64,000 nt of DNA from Eledone cirrhosa (Eukaryota), in contig OZ024744.1 of the NCBI GenBank assembly GCA_964016885.1, forward strand, positions 50,158,001 through 50,222,000, read 5' to 3'. The notes under the pieces are model-generated. The model did no database searches, had not been told where the DNA came from, and saw only the letters and a program-made list of their open reading frames with translations. The translations under genes were made by a program, and so were the position numbers. Below, piece after piece: positions 13,163 to 24,933 of this stretch (position 1 is its first letter; every line of letters begins with the position of its first letter).

Positions 13163-13537
13163 CACAGCTACTGGTAAACTACCATAACAGCTTCATCCAC
13201 ACAGCTCTGGTACAACATTTACCATAACAGCTCCATCTACACAGCTCTGGTACTACATTTGCCATAACAACTATAGAGCTCTGGTAAAACATGAACAACA
13301 TCATCGTTGACAACAGCTACTGGTAAAACGATTACCACAACAGCTCTGGTTCAACACTTACCATAACAGCTACACAGCTCTGGTACAACACTTACCATAA
13401 CAGCTACACAGCTCTGGTACAACAATTACCATAACAGCTACACAGCTCTGGTACAACAGTTACCATAACAGCTACACAGCTCTGGTACAACATTTACCAT
13501 AACAGCTACACAGCTCTGGTAAAACAATTACCATAAC
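13163..13537 (+). repeat. 34-bp minisatellite inside the LTR element
   Basis: Unit cagctacacagctctggtacaacacttaccataa (starts at 13401 and 13435). About 10 variable copies, each with a tggta..tacca hairpin. Confidence 0.9.
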
Positions 13538-14372
13538 TAACATTTAATGCAAGAACAGCAACTTTGCTCATGTCAGACTTTATCCGTTTTCTGTTAGACC
13601 CCGGGTGGCCGCGTTTAAATAGCAAAACAGCTAGTCATTTGACATAGCGGCTTAACAAGGCCTTTTGTGCCTCATTTACAATTTTTCTTCTTGCATGCAG
13701 TCTTTTGTTCAATTTTTTCATTGATGTGCTCTCTTTCACCGTTTTCCTGCTAGTAATCAATGCTAACTCAATCTTATGTATCGTCTTCCAGACTAAATAG
13801 GGGGTATTGTAGCGACCTACCTTCCTGGGTTCATTGATATCTTCTTCCGTGCGCTGTTGGCTCAGTTCAGTCAATCGCTACCAGCGTAGGGAAATGTATT
13901 TCGACTTCCGCCCAAAGGGAAAAATTCCCGCTTCTTTTCGATAAACTTTCTCTTTGCATCTAGATCCCGTCAAGGTAACAACCTCTTGATTTCGTTCCTC
14001 AAACATTCCAAAATGTATCTACCGGACTTGCCGCAGCCGGGCTTCTTATTTCAGCCACCGGACCGCATTTTCCTTACAGCATCTTAATTTGTCTATTCAT
14101 TTCTTATGGTAATCGTTTTGTAAATAAATTATATATCAAAAACATTATAACGTCGTATGATGCTATTTACCACAACATTGCTTTTAAGTGCTTCAATGGT
14201 GACTTCAGTGATACAATACACAAATACATACATTCTCAACACATACAGATCTTTATATCTTCTATTAACCACCTTCTAAAATACTCTCATCTAAACCCTC
14301 TTCCTGCTATTTCAAGCGTTAACCTAATATATTCCTTCCATATACTGTATCGATTGTGTTGTTATTTCTGCT

Positions 14373-14415
<43 letters not shown>

Positions 14416-14417
<2 letters not shown>

Positions 14418-14945
14418 AAGATGATACATGAGAGAGAGTCTGTGTTTATCAATGTACAAGGAAAACCACAAGTTTATGATTTCTTTAATTTATTTTGATA
14501 TATTGCAGTCTTCTCTCTCTCTGTGTTTATGTCGAGCTTTCTTATTTGAGTGGTTTGGGGCTGCGTTTTCTAGCAGCTCATCCCACCCAAGCCACTAGTT
14601 TACTGTCCCTTGCAAGCATTTCCTTCTCTCTACCACGTGTTGCAAGGCAGTTATCTTAAGTTCTCTTACATATGGAATGTATTCACTTAACACGGACGCT
14701 GATGACCCCTTTGGGCGAAACAAATCTCTTTGAGTTTGTACGTGTGTGATTTATAGTTATAAAGGTGGGTAAATTCATTCTGATTTATATTTTCTTAGTT
14801 TATAGATCCCATACACTGGTGGTTTTCTCTGTACATTGATAAACACACTCTCTCTCGTGTATTATCTTTTCTATATATTATATTTGAAGAGCCCAGGATT
14901 CTCTTTCCTTTGGGCTCATAAATTACAAGGACCAACGTGAGTTTA
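14416..14945 (+). mobile_element. Penelope pLTR-like insert with inverted terminal segment and hammerhead-like core
   Basis: 14416-14480 is an inverted, diverged copy of 14805-14872. CTGATGA-ccc-cttt-ggg-cGAAAc at 14699-14721. (TA)n on both sides. Confidence 0.65.
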
Positions 14946-14956
14946 TGACTCCGTTA

Positions 14957-14995
<39 letters not shown>

Positions 14996-14999
14996 TATA

Positions 15000-15253
15000 T
15001 TTCGGTGACAGCCATAATTAGCTATGACCTCTTCAGGCAGTCAGAATTGGTGTGGGAAAGACAGGTACACATGTTGTTGAAGTGTGTTTTACTCCTTCAA
15101 TACATCAATATGTCCAGCTCCTGGTTGTGTTGTTATTTCTCTGAGGAACTGGAATCATATGATTCCAGTTCCTCAGAGAATTAACAACACAACCAGGAGC
15201 TGGACATATTGATGTATTGAAGGAGTAAAACACACTTCAACAACATGTACCTG

Positions 15254-15258
<5 letters not shown>
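15000..15258. repeat. Spacer-less ~100 bp-arm palindrome with adjacent hammerhead core
   Basis: Arms 15057-15158 / 15159-15258 centred on catatg. The minus strand at 15000-15036 reads CTGAAGA-ggt...acc-GAAA-tata. (TA)n on both sides. Confidence 0.85.
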
Positions 15259-15323
<65 letters not shown>

Positions 15324-15361
15324 GTGTACATGCATACATACACATATACATACAAACACAT

Positions 15362-15427
<66 letters not shown>

Positions 15428-15899
15428 GCGCGCACATATGTATATATTGTAGTTAGCATGAATCATTGTGAGAAATGTAATTAAAAAAGCGATAATTTTC
15501 AAAAAGCCGGTACAATGCGGTAGAAAAATACAAAAGACAAATGGCAAATAAAATAGAACAAAATATTTCAGCCAATGTATTTCAACATGATATTTCAGAG
15601 CTAGTCCGGTCCGCAATGCCAAAGTTTGGTGCTAGCCCTTCCAGGGGTCTCCCATACGTATATCACTGGATATCTCTCCTGTCTTCACTCCAGGGAGTAA
15701 AGATTTAGTTATTTCTGCTTCTTCCGGTAGCTCATCTTTTTCATTGAAGCAATCTTCTTGATGTTGTTTCGTTGGATTCCTGCGGTTTATTTGACACTGT
15801 GGAACGACCACAGCTGAGAGCAATAGTCCAGTCGGCTGAGGATGAAAGTCCCCGAGAGGACCAACATAGTTTCCGAAATTCTTGTCCTGAAATCTAACC

Positions 15900-16590
15900 T
15901 GAATCTAACCAGTCAGTCGTCTGCACCTTGCCGTCATTTTGGTGATGTTTGCATTAAACGATGCATCATTGCTCATGTCAGTACCCAGGTCCTGTATTGA
16001 TTTCGGCTCGGGGATTTCTATTCCTCCTGGTCCAGTGTACCCTTGTTGTAGTGGTCCTGTGTTTCTGAGTTGATAGCAGAGGGTTTGAAACTTACCTGCA
16101 TTAAATTGCACATTGTTGTTTTTAGCCCATCAGTATATGACATCTAAATCTTGTAAGAGAGCAGCATCAGCCAGTTTCTTGATTGCCTGTGCTACTTTCA
16201 TGTCATCAGCTTAGCTTGTGAGGGAGGCTATCTGTATTACAGAAAGCATGTCTGAGAGAGCCACCACAAATAGTGACCCCAACATGGTTCCCTAGAGCAT
16301 GCCACTTGCTATTGACGTTTCCTTTGAGAGGATCCCGTTGGCTGCAACAGTCTGGCTTCTGTCTTATAAGACGTCATGAAGCCATTCACCTAGTTTTCCA
16401 ACTATGTCAAAGCTCCGTAGTTTCTGATATATCGTTCCACGATCTACTTTGTTGAAGGCCTTTGCAAAGTCGATATATATCACAATCATGTTCGAACAGT
16501 CTAACAGCTGTTTGAGTACCCAGTCATAATGCTGCAAGAGCTACATTATGTAACGTCTACCCGGGCGAGTGTCAGAAGACCATTTTCCTC
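15900..16590 (-). mobile_element. CR1-like LINE RT fragment
   Basis: Minus strand gives IYIDFAKAFNKVD, a decayed ADDMK, and QFNAGKFQ..IQDLG..MSND (ORF 15905-16111). Confidence 0.75.
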
Positions 16591-16659
16591 TTAAAAAGTA
16601 ATCATCGATGATTTGATCAGAGACAAACACTGTATTTAAGGTTGAGTGACGCAATTTCG

Positions 16660-16915
16660 AGTGATCAGCGGCCTTTAGACTCACCTGATCAATGAAACAA
16701 TTGTTAATACTGTAAATGAAACCCTTTTTGTACAGCCGACCATGTAATTCTTCACTCTTTCACTACTATTACTCCAAGAATAACCTGCATGGGAATTCTC
16801 GTAAACTCGCTACCTAACTAAGGAAACCTCTTGTTGAGTCAAACAACGCCGTACGTTAAAACTATCCATAGTACAGAGTACTCACAATCTCTAACTGGAT
16901 TACCTAAAACAATCA
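16660..16915 (+). mobile_element. Penelope pLTR-like short element (family of 3767-4040)
   Basis: High identity to 3767-4040. Carries tgatcag..ctgatca..gaaac-aatt-gtt, a hammerhead 3' half. Confidence 0.7.
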
Positions 16916-16944
16916 ATATATATATATATGTGTGTGTGTGTGTG

Positions 16945-16947
<3 letters not shown>

Positions 16948-17025
<78 letters not shown>
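16948..17025. repeat. (TAA)n microsatellite opening the LINE array
   Basis: Direct reading. Further tracts at ~17150-17206, 20008-20055, 22045-22073, 24253-24286, 24661-24683, 30722-30745, 30889-30994 and 33790-33813. Confidence 0.97.
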
Positions 17026-17026
<1 letters not shown>

Positions 17027-17149
17027 ATGCTTGCTTGGAACAGCAAGAACCCTCCGATACGTCCTGAATATCTGAGGCTGCAGGTAGTGGCTTGATATTC
17101 AATCCAACGGACTTTCCAGTTAACCAACATCAATGACTGAGATTCAAGG
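17026..17149 (+). mobile_element. R4/Dong family B 3' stub
   Basis: Near-identical to the 3' end of the copy at 21921-22044. Confidence 0.9.
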
Positions 17150-17206
17150 AATAACAACAATAATAATAATGATAATAATAATAAACAAACAATAATAATA
17201 ATAATA

Positions 17207-20006
17207 AACAAACTAAACTTAGAAAATTGAAAAGAAAGTACAGTATAAAATCAACATGTGACATAGACATGCTGATAGAAATAATCAAGCAAAAAGTGTC
17301 GGCCAAAGCTGCTCGTATAAGGCGCTTTGAAAAACGATCTAGATTCTATAAGGACAATAATATGTTCAAAAACAACCAAAGAAACTTCTACAGAAAAATT
17401 GGTAAGTCAACAATAACTGCTAAATCAATACCACCCAAGGAGGAAGTGCAAGAATTCTGGGAAAAGATCTGGGCCGAAGAAAAAGTTCATAACATACATG
17501 CCCCATGGATAGACAGACAAATGAAAGATACAGCTCACCTTGAGTAACAAATATGAGAAAATATAACAGTTGAACAGTTGCGCTTGGCTCTAAGAAAAAC
17601 CAGCAAATGGAAATCCCCTGGAAAAGACAAAATACAAAATTTTTGGATAAATGCCTTCACAGAGTCTCATGAGCTGTTAGCCCAACTTTACAATGAAATA
17701 GTTAAGGAGCCAGAAAAGATACCATCATGGCTAGTTAACGGCATTACATTCCAGCTTCCGAAGAATGATGAGACAAACAATCCCCAAAATTACAGACCGA
17801 TAACTTGCTTGACCACAATGTATAAAATTTTAACATCAGTCCTAACTGAATACACATATGACCACCTGATAACAAATGACCTATTTCCCATTGAGCAGAA
17901 AGGGTGTAAACGAGGCTCATATGGCTGTAAGGATCAGCTTTTGGTTAACAAAATGATACTGGAAGATTGTCATAATAGACACAAAAATCTATCAATTGCT
18001 TGGATAGATTATAAAAAAGCATTCGATAGTTTGCCACACAGTTGGATTGAAAAATATTTAGAGATTTTCAAAATATCCCCCGTTGTCAGGAGGTTTTTGT
18101 CATTCAGTATGAAGACATGGAAAACGACACTCCTTTTGAATAGTGAAACAAAATCACGGGAAGCGGGAGAAGTTAATATTAATTGTGGAATTTTTCAGGG
18201 TGACTCTTTATCACCGCTTTTATTCTGCATCGCACTTATACCATTAAGTAAAATGCTCAATGAAACAAATCATGGATATAAAGTCTATGACAAAACCATT
18301 AATCACTTGTTCTACATGGATGACCTGAAACTATTTGCAAAAAATGATGAACAATTGCAAGGGCTATTATCCACTGTGGAGCAGTTCAGTGATGACATTA
18401 AAATGGAGTTTGGACTAGATAAATGCGCCAAAGCAACGTTCACCAGAGGAAAGCTGCTGAAGAGTTCAGACATTAATCTTGATCGGGGGAACGTGATAAG
18501 AGAACTTGATCAAGAAAAAACTTACAAATATCTAGGTGTTTGTGAAGGAGACGGAATCAAGCACTCGACAATGAGGGAAAGGATAAGGAAGGAATGTTAC
18601 CGCAGAGTAAGAGCAATCTTAAGAACGGAATTGAATGCAAGGAATAGGATCGATGCCATAAACACGCTTGCCATACCAGTAGTAACCTACAGTTACAATG
18701 TCATCAACTGGTCAAGCACAGAGATCCGTAGGCTCGATACAAAAATTCGAAAATTCTTAACCATGCACAGAATGCATCACCCTAAGGCAGATATAGATAG
18801 AATATATCTCCCTAGGAAAGAAGGATGACGTGGGTTAATCCAGTTAGACATTGCGTTGAAAACTGCAACAATTGGATTATCTACATATCTAAGGGAATCA
18901 CATGATTGGATGATAAAACTCGTTTTGAAACACGAAAGCATCAAAAGATCATATTCCATTACAAAAGATGCACAAAGATACAGTAATGGACTACAAATTT
19001 CAGAAGTCCCATTTACTGCTAAAATGGAAAACACAGAAAAAGCAAAGCAGGTAAAAGTAACTGCAAAGAAAGAACTGCTACAGAAACTGGCTAAGAAATG
19101 GCAACAAAAGCCTCTGTATGGAAAATACCCAGAGCGAGCTAACAATCCTGATGTTGACAAAACTTTAACCCATCAGTGGTTGGCATCCTCTGGACTGAAA
19201 TCGGAGACTGAAGGACTGATTATATCAGCACAAGATCAGTGTCTGCCAACAAAAAATTACCAAGCCAACATAATAAAAAATGGATGCAGCCCATTATGCC
19301 GTGTATGCAAAAAACAACCAGAGACCATTGACCATATAATTTCAATGTGCAGTCCTATAGGTCCAACCGAATACCTAAACAGGCATGACAGAGCTGCACA
19401 ATACATACATTGGATAATGTGTAAGCATTTTGACCTGCCCCATCAAAAGAATTGGTGGGAGCATCAACCACCTCCCATACTTGAAAAAGATCACATCTCA
19501 ATCTTGTGGAACTTTAGCATCCAAACAGACCGAAAAATAGATGCAAATAGACCTGATATAATATTGAAGGACTTTCAAAAGAGGGTATGCCTGCTAATTG
19601 ATATGTCTGTTCCAATAGACAAGAATGTATCTATAAAAACATTTGAAAAATTGAGCAAGTATAAGGACCTGGAGATAGAAATTGGAAAAATGTGGAAATT
19701 GAGAACTAAAACAATACCAGTGGTTGTAGGCGCTCTGGGAATGATACCTAAGGGGTCTAATGATTACTTATCGCAAATCCCAGGAAACCCGCGTATAGGA
19801 GAAATACAAAAGATAGTACTAATGGGAACTGCCCATATACTAAGGAAGATTCTGTCAATATAAGTACATCACAAATCTAAACACTAAAGATGCATGTGTG
19901 AATATGTATGTTCTTTCTTGAACATGGCGGACCTTGTTGTCTCTTGAGGTCACTGGTTGTGACTTGGTGATAACTCGTATGAACATAAAGCAAGATAAAT
20001 GCAACT

Positions 20007-20007
<1 letters not shown>
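17207..20007 (+). mobile_element. R4/Dong-type RLE non-LTR retrotransposon, family A, 5' truncated
   Basis: Same-frame ORFs 17227-17547, 17578-18828 and 18856-19863 broken only by stops. RT ([24 protein letters not shown]), CCHC (CRVC..ETIDHIISMC), RHD, RPD..LID..EKLSKY restriction-like endonuclease. (TAA)n tail. Confidence 0.92.
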
Positions 20008-20055
<48 letters not shown>

Positions 20056-22044
20056 GACGAGCATTGTGTCTGAGGAAATCTACCATCACCTCCACACAAA
20101 CAACTTGTTACCGGACGAACAGAAAGGATGCCGAAAGAAGTCACGTGGTACAAAGGACCAGTTGCTTATTGATAAGATGGTAATGGGGAATTGCAGGAGG
20201 AGACACACTGATCTTGCCATGGGATGGATAGACTACAGAAAGGCATTTGACATGGTGCCTCATTCCTGGATCACCAAAAGCCTGGAGATCTTCAGGGTGG
20301 CAGATAACATCAGACAGTTGCTGGGCAGGAGTATGGGGTCCTGGGAGACAGAGTTGACATCAACTAGAGTATCCTTGGGAAGCGTGAAGACCAAGAGAGG
20401 TATCTTCCAGGGAGATAGCCTGTCCCCTCTGTTGTTTGTCCTTGCCCTGATGCCCTTGACCATTATGCTGCGAAAAGTGAGAGCAGGATACAAGTTGGGA
20501 AGGGGAGAGCTTACCATCAATCACCTCCTCTTCATGGACGATCTTAAGCTCTTCGGGAAAAGTGAGAAGGAGTTGGATGTGCTTGTTGACACTGTCCGTA
20601 TTTTCAGCAGTGATATATGTATGCAGTTTGGTATTGGTAAATGTGGAGTCATTGTGATGAGGAAGGGTAGGTTGAGCAGAAGTAACGGGATCCAGATACC
20701 AACAGGTGAGATGATAAAGGAAATTGACTCTGAGGAAGGATACAAGTATTTGGGCGTTCTGGAGGCTGATGGCATAAAGAACAAAAAAATGAAGGAATTG
20801 TTAAGAACTGAATACATTCGGAGAGTAAGGAGCGTATTGAAGTCACATCTGAACACCAGAAATGCCATAAGCGCAGTAAATTCCCGAGCTGTGTCTATTA
20901 TTAGGTACAGTGCGGGAATTCTGAGATGGAATGTTGCTGAACAAAAAGAAATGGATAGGAAGACTAGGAAGCTATTGACTATCTACAACATGTTCCACAA
21001 GAGGAGTGATGTCGATAGACTCTACCTAAGGAGATCTGAGGGTGGAAGAGGTCTTATCAGCATAGAGGACTGTGTTCAGATGGAGAAAAACAACCTATAC
21101 AAATACGTGACCTATAGTAAGGAGCCAATGTTCAGAGCTGTACTGAAGGAGGGGACAGTAGGCCAGAGGATATCCAAGGAGGAAATAACATCAAGGAGGA
21201 AGAGCAGCCTTAAGGGAAAATCCCTTCATAGTACCTTCTTTGAGAAAACTGAATTTAGAGATCCACAGACATGGAACTGGTTGAGAAGAGGAGACCTCAA
21301 AAAGGCTACAGAAGGAATGCTAATGGCTGCGCAGGAGCAGGCCCTCAAAACGAAGTGGTTGAAGCACCATATCTACAAGGAGGAGGCTAGCCCACTGTGC
21401 AGGATCTGTGGAGAGAGAGAGGAGACTGTGGCCCACATTGTGTCCGAGTGTAAACACCTAGCCCAGACTCACTATAAGGGCTGGAGACATGATGTGATGG
21501 GCAGGGTGATCAACTGGCACCTATGCAAAGTAAACAATTTACCACATTCTGAGAAATGGTATGAGCATAGGCCAGAGGCGGTGATGGAGAACAGTCAGGT
21601 GAAGGTGCTGTGGGATTTTAGGATACAGACGGACAAAAAACTGGAACACAATAGACCTGACCTGGTGGTTGTGGACAAAGAAAAAAGATCGTGCCTGATT
21701 GTGGATGTGGCCTGCCCGTTCGACACGAGAGTGCAAGAGAAGGAGAGGGAGAAAATTAACCGATACCAGGACCTAAAGTGGGAGGAAAAAAGGATTTGGA
21801 ACTGCCATGAAGTCAAAGTGATCCCGATTGTCATAGGCGCACTGGGGACTATCTCCAAAGGTTTCCAGGGATGGTTAAAGAAAATCGGCCCCTTCACGCT
21901 TTTTGGAACGCTTCAAAAGGCATGCTTGCTTGGAACGGCAAGAACCCTCCGATACGTCCTGAATATCTGAGGCTGCAGGTAGTGGCTTGATATTCAATCC
22001 AACGGACTTTCCAGTTAACCAACATCAATGACTGAGATTCAAGG
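20056..22044 (+). mobile_element. R4/Dong family B copy 1, 5' truncated, open ORF to 21970
   Basis: RT (LFMDD), CRIC..H...C, RHD, RPD..IVD..EK..RY. (TAA)n on both sides. Confidence 0.92.
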
Positions 22045-22073
22045 AATAACAATAACAATAATAATAATAATAA

Positions 22074-24251
22074 TTGGATTAAAAACATAACATCCCTCCA
22101 CCCGAAACTGACAACCATGTTCAATGACTGCTTGATGTCAGGTGAGGTACCAGAGTGGTTGACAAAAGGTACCACAGTTCTGATAATGAAAAACCGAATC
22201 AAGGGTAATGATGTTACCAACTATAGACCTATCACATGTCTGTCCGTAATGTGGAAACTGTTGACAAGCATTATGTCTGAGGAAATCGACCATTACCTCC
22301 ACACAAACAACTTGTTACCGGACGAACAGAAAGGATGCCGAAAGAAGTCCACGTGGTACAAAGGACCAGTTACTTATTGATAAGATGGTAATGAGGAATT
22401 GCAAGAGGAGACACACTGGTCTTGCCATGGGATGGATAGACTACAAAAAGGCATTTGACATGGTGCCTCATTCTTGGAACACCAAAAGCCTGGAGATCTT
22501 CGAGGTGGCAGATAACATCAGACAGTTGTTGGGCAAAAGTATGAAGTCCTGGGAAACAGAGTTAACATCAACTGGAGAATCCTTGGGAAGCGTGAAGATC
22601 AAGAGAGGTATCTTCCAGGGAGATAGTCTGTCCCCTCTGTTGTTTGTCCTTACCTTGATGCCCCTGACCATTGTACTGCGAAAAGTGAGAGCAGGATACA
22701 AGTTGGGAAAGGGAGAGCTTACCATCAATCACCTCCTCTTCGTGGACGATCTTAAGCTCTTCGGGAAGAGTGAGAAGGAGTTGGATGTGCTTGTTGACAC
22801 TGTCCGTATTTTCAGCAATGATATTTGTATGCAATTTGGTATTAGTAGTGTGGAGTCCTTGTGATGAAGAGGGGTAAATTGAGCAGAAGCAACAGAATCC
22901 AGGTATCAACAGGTGAGATGATAAAGGAAATTGACTCTGAAGAAGGATACAAGTATTTGGGCGTTTTGGAGGCTGATGACATCAAGAACAAAAAAATGAA
23001 GGAATTGATAAGAACTGAATACATTCGGAGAGTAAGGAGTGTATTAAAGTCACATCTGAACAGTAGGAATGCCATAAGTGCAGTAAATTCCCGAGCTGTG
23101 TCTATTATTAGGTACAGTGCGGGAATTCTGAGATGGAATGTTGCTGAACAAAAAGAAATGGATAGGAAGACTAGGAAGCTATTGACAATCTACAACATGT
23201 TCCACAAGAGGAGTGATGTCGATAGACTCTACTTAAGGAGATCTGAGGGTGGAAGAGGTCTTATCAGCATAGAGGACTGTGTTCAGATGGAGAAAAACAA
23301 CCTACACAAATACTTGACTGAGAGTAAGGAGCCAATGCTCAGAACTGTACTGAAGGAGGGGACAATAGGCCAGGGGAAGTCCAAGGTGGAAATAACATCA
23401 AGGAGAAAGAGCAACCTTCAGGAAAAATCCCTTCATAGTACCTTCTTTGAGAAAACTGAATTTAGAGATCCACAGACATGGAACTGGTTGAAAAGAGGAG
23501 ACCTTAAAAAGGCTACAGAAGGAATGTTAATGGCTGCGCAGGAGCAGGCCCTCAAAACGAAGTGGTTGAAACACCATATTTACAAGGAGGAGGCTAGCTC
23601 ACTGTGCAGGATCTGTGGAGAGAGAGAGGAGACTGTGGCTCACATTGTATCCGAGTGTAAACACCTAGCCCAGACTCACTATAAGGGCTGGAGACATGAT
23701 GTGATGGGCAGGGTGATCAACTGGCACCTATGCAAAGTAAACAATTTACCACATTCTGACAAGTGGTATGAGCATAAGCCAGAGGCGGTGATAGAAAACG
23801 ATCAGGTGAAGGTTCTGTGGGATTTTAGGATACAGACGGACAAGAAACTGGAACACAATAGACCCGACCTGGTGGTTGTGGACAAAGAAAAAAGATCGTG
23901 CCTGATTGTGGATGTGGCCTGCCCATTCGACACGAGAGTGCAAGAAAAGGAGAGGGAGAAAATTAACCGATACCAAGACTTAAAGTGGGAGGTAAAAAGG
24001 ATTTGGAACTGCCATGAAGTCAAAGTGGTCCCGATTGTCATAGGCGCACTAGGTACTATCTCAAAAAGTTTCCAGGGATGGTTAAAGAAAATTGGCCCCG
24101 CCCCGCTTTTTAGAACACTTCAAAAGGCATGCTTGCTAGGAACAGCAAGAACCCTCCGATACGTCCTGAATATCTGAGGCTGCAGGTAGTGGCTTGATAT
24201 TCATTTCAACAAACTTTCCAGTTAAACTAACATCAATGACTGAGACTCAAA

Positions 24252-24252
<1 letters not shown>
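22074..24252 (+). mobile_element. R4/Dong family B copy 2, 5' truncated, frameshifted
   Basis: ORFs 22117-22380, 22385-22864 and 22861-24177 are near-identical to copy 1. Confidence 0.92.
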
Positions 24253-24286
<34 letters not shown>

Positions 24287-24288
<2 letters not shown>

Positions 24289-24660
24289 ATAAAAACATTT
24301 GAAAAATTGAGCAAATATAAGGACCTGGAGATAGAAATTGGAAAAATGTGGAAATTGAGAACTAAAACAATACCAGTGGTTGTAGGCGCTCTGGGAATGA
24401 TACCTAAGGGGTCTAACGACTACTTATCGCAAATCCCAGGAAACCCGCGTATAGGAGAAATACAAAAGATAGTACTAATGGGAACTGCCCATATACTAAG
24501 GAAGATCCTGTCAATATAAGTACATCACAAGTCTAAACACTAAGGATGCATGTGTGAATATGTATGTTCTTTCTTGAACATGGCGGACCTTGTTGTCTCT
24601 TGAGGTCACTGGTTGTGACTTGGTGATAACTCGTATAAACATAAAGCAAGATAAATGCAA
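24287..24660 (+). mobile_element. R4/Dong family A 3' fragment
   Basis: Near-identical to 19631-20004. Confidence 0.92.
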
Positions 24661-24933
24661 ATAATAATAATAATAATAATAATGATTTCTTTATTAACCA
24701 CAAGGGTTTACATGAAGTAGACATTAAGTACAGTGCAGGACAATGCAGGACGGTACAAATGGGCATTTCTGCGTGTAAAAAACAAAAACAGAGGATGTAA
24801 CAAAAAATAACAATGAAAAATTCCCCAATAGGGGGCAGACTTCGGAGGGACATTTGTGGAGAAAGCCCAGTAAAAAGCCACAATGACCCTGACCACCAAG
24901 GCAAGTGCCCTCTCCCAGTTTTCCACCTTTAAT

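Larger units (their letters stand above)
11186..14293 (+). mobile_element. Non-autonomous LTR retrotransposon with non-coding internal region
   Basis: Direct repeats 11186-11671 and 13808-14293 (~480 bp; the 3' copy starts TGTAGCG). PBS tggtgaccccg at 11675-11685, purine tract aaatagggggta at 13795-13806. No gag/pol ORF in the track. Confidence 0.85.

Noticed and set aside
13163-13537. CRISPR-like appearance of the 34-bp hairpin repeats
   Set aside because: Units are contiguous with no unique spacers, there are no cas genes, and the context is a eukaryotic LTR interior.
19934-20055. N-terminal poly-Asn extension of the 678-aa ORF
   Set aside because: Chance in-frame read-through from the family A 3' UTR and (AAT)n into a 5'-truncated family B copy.
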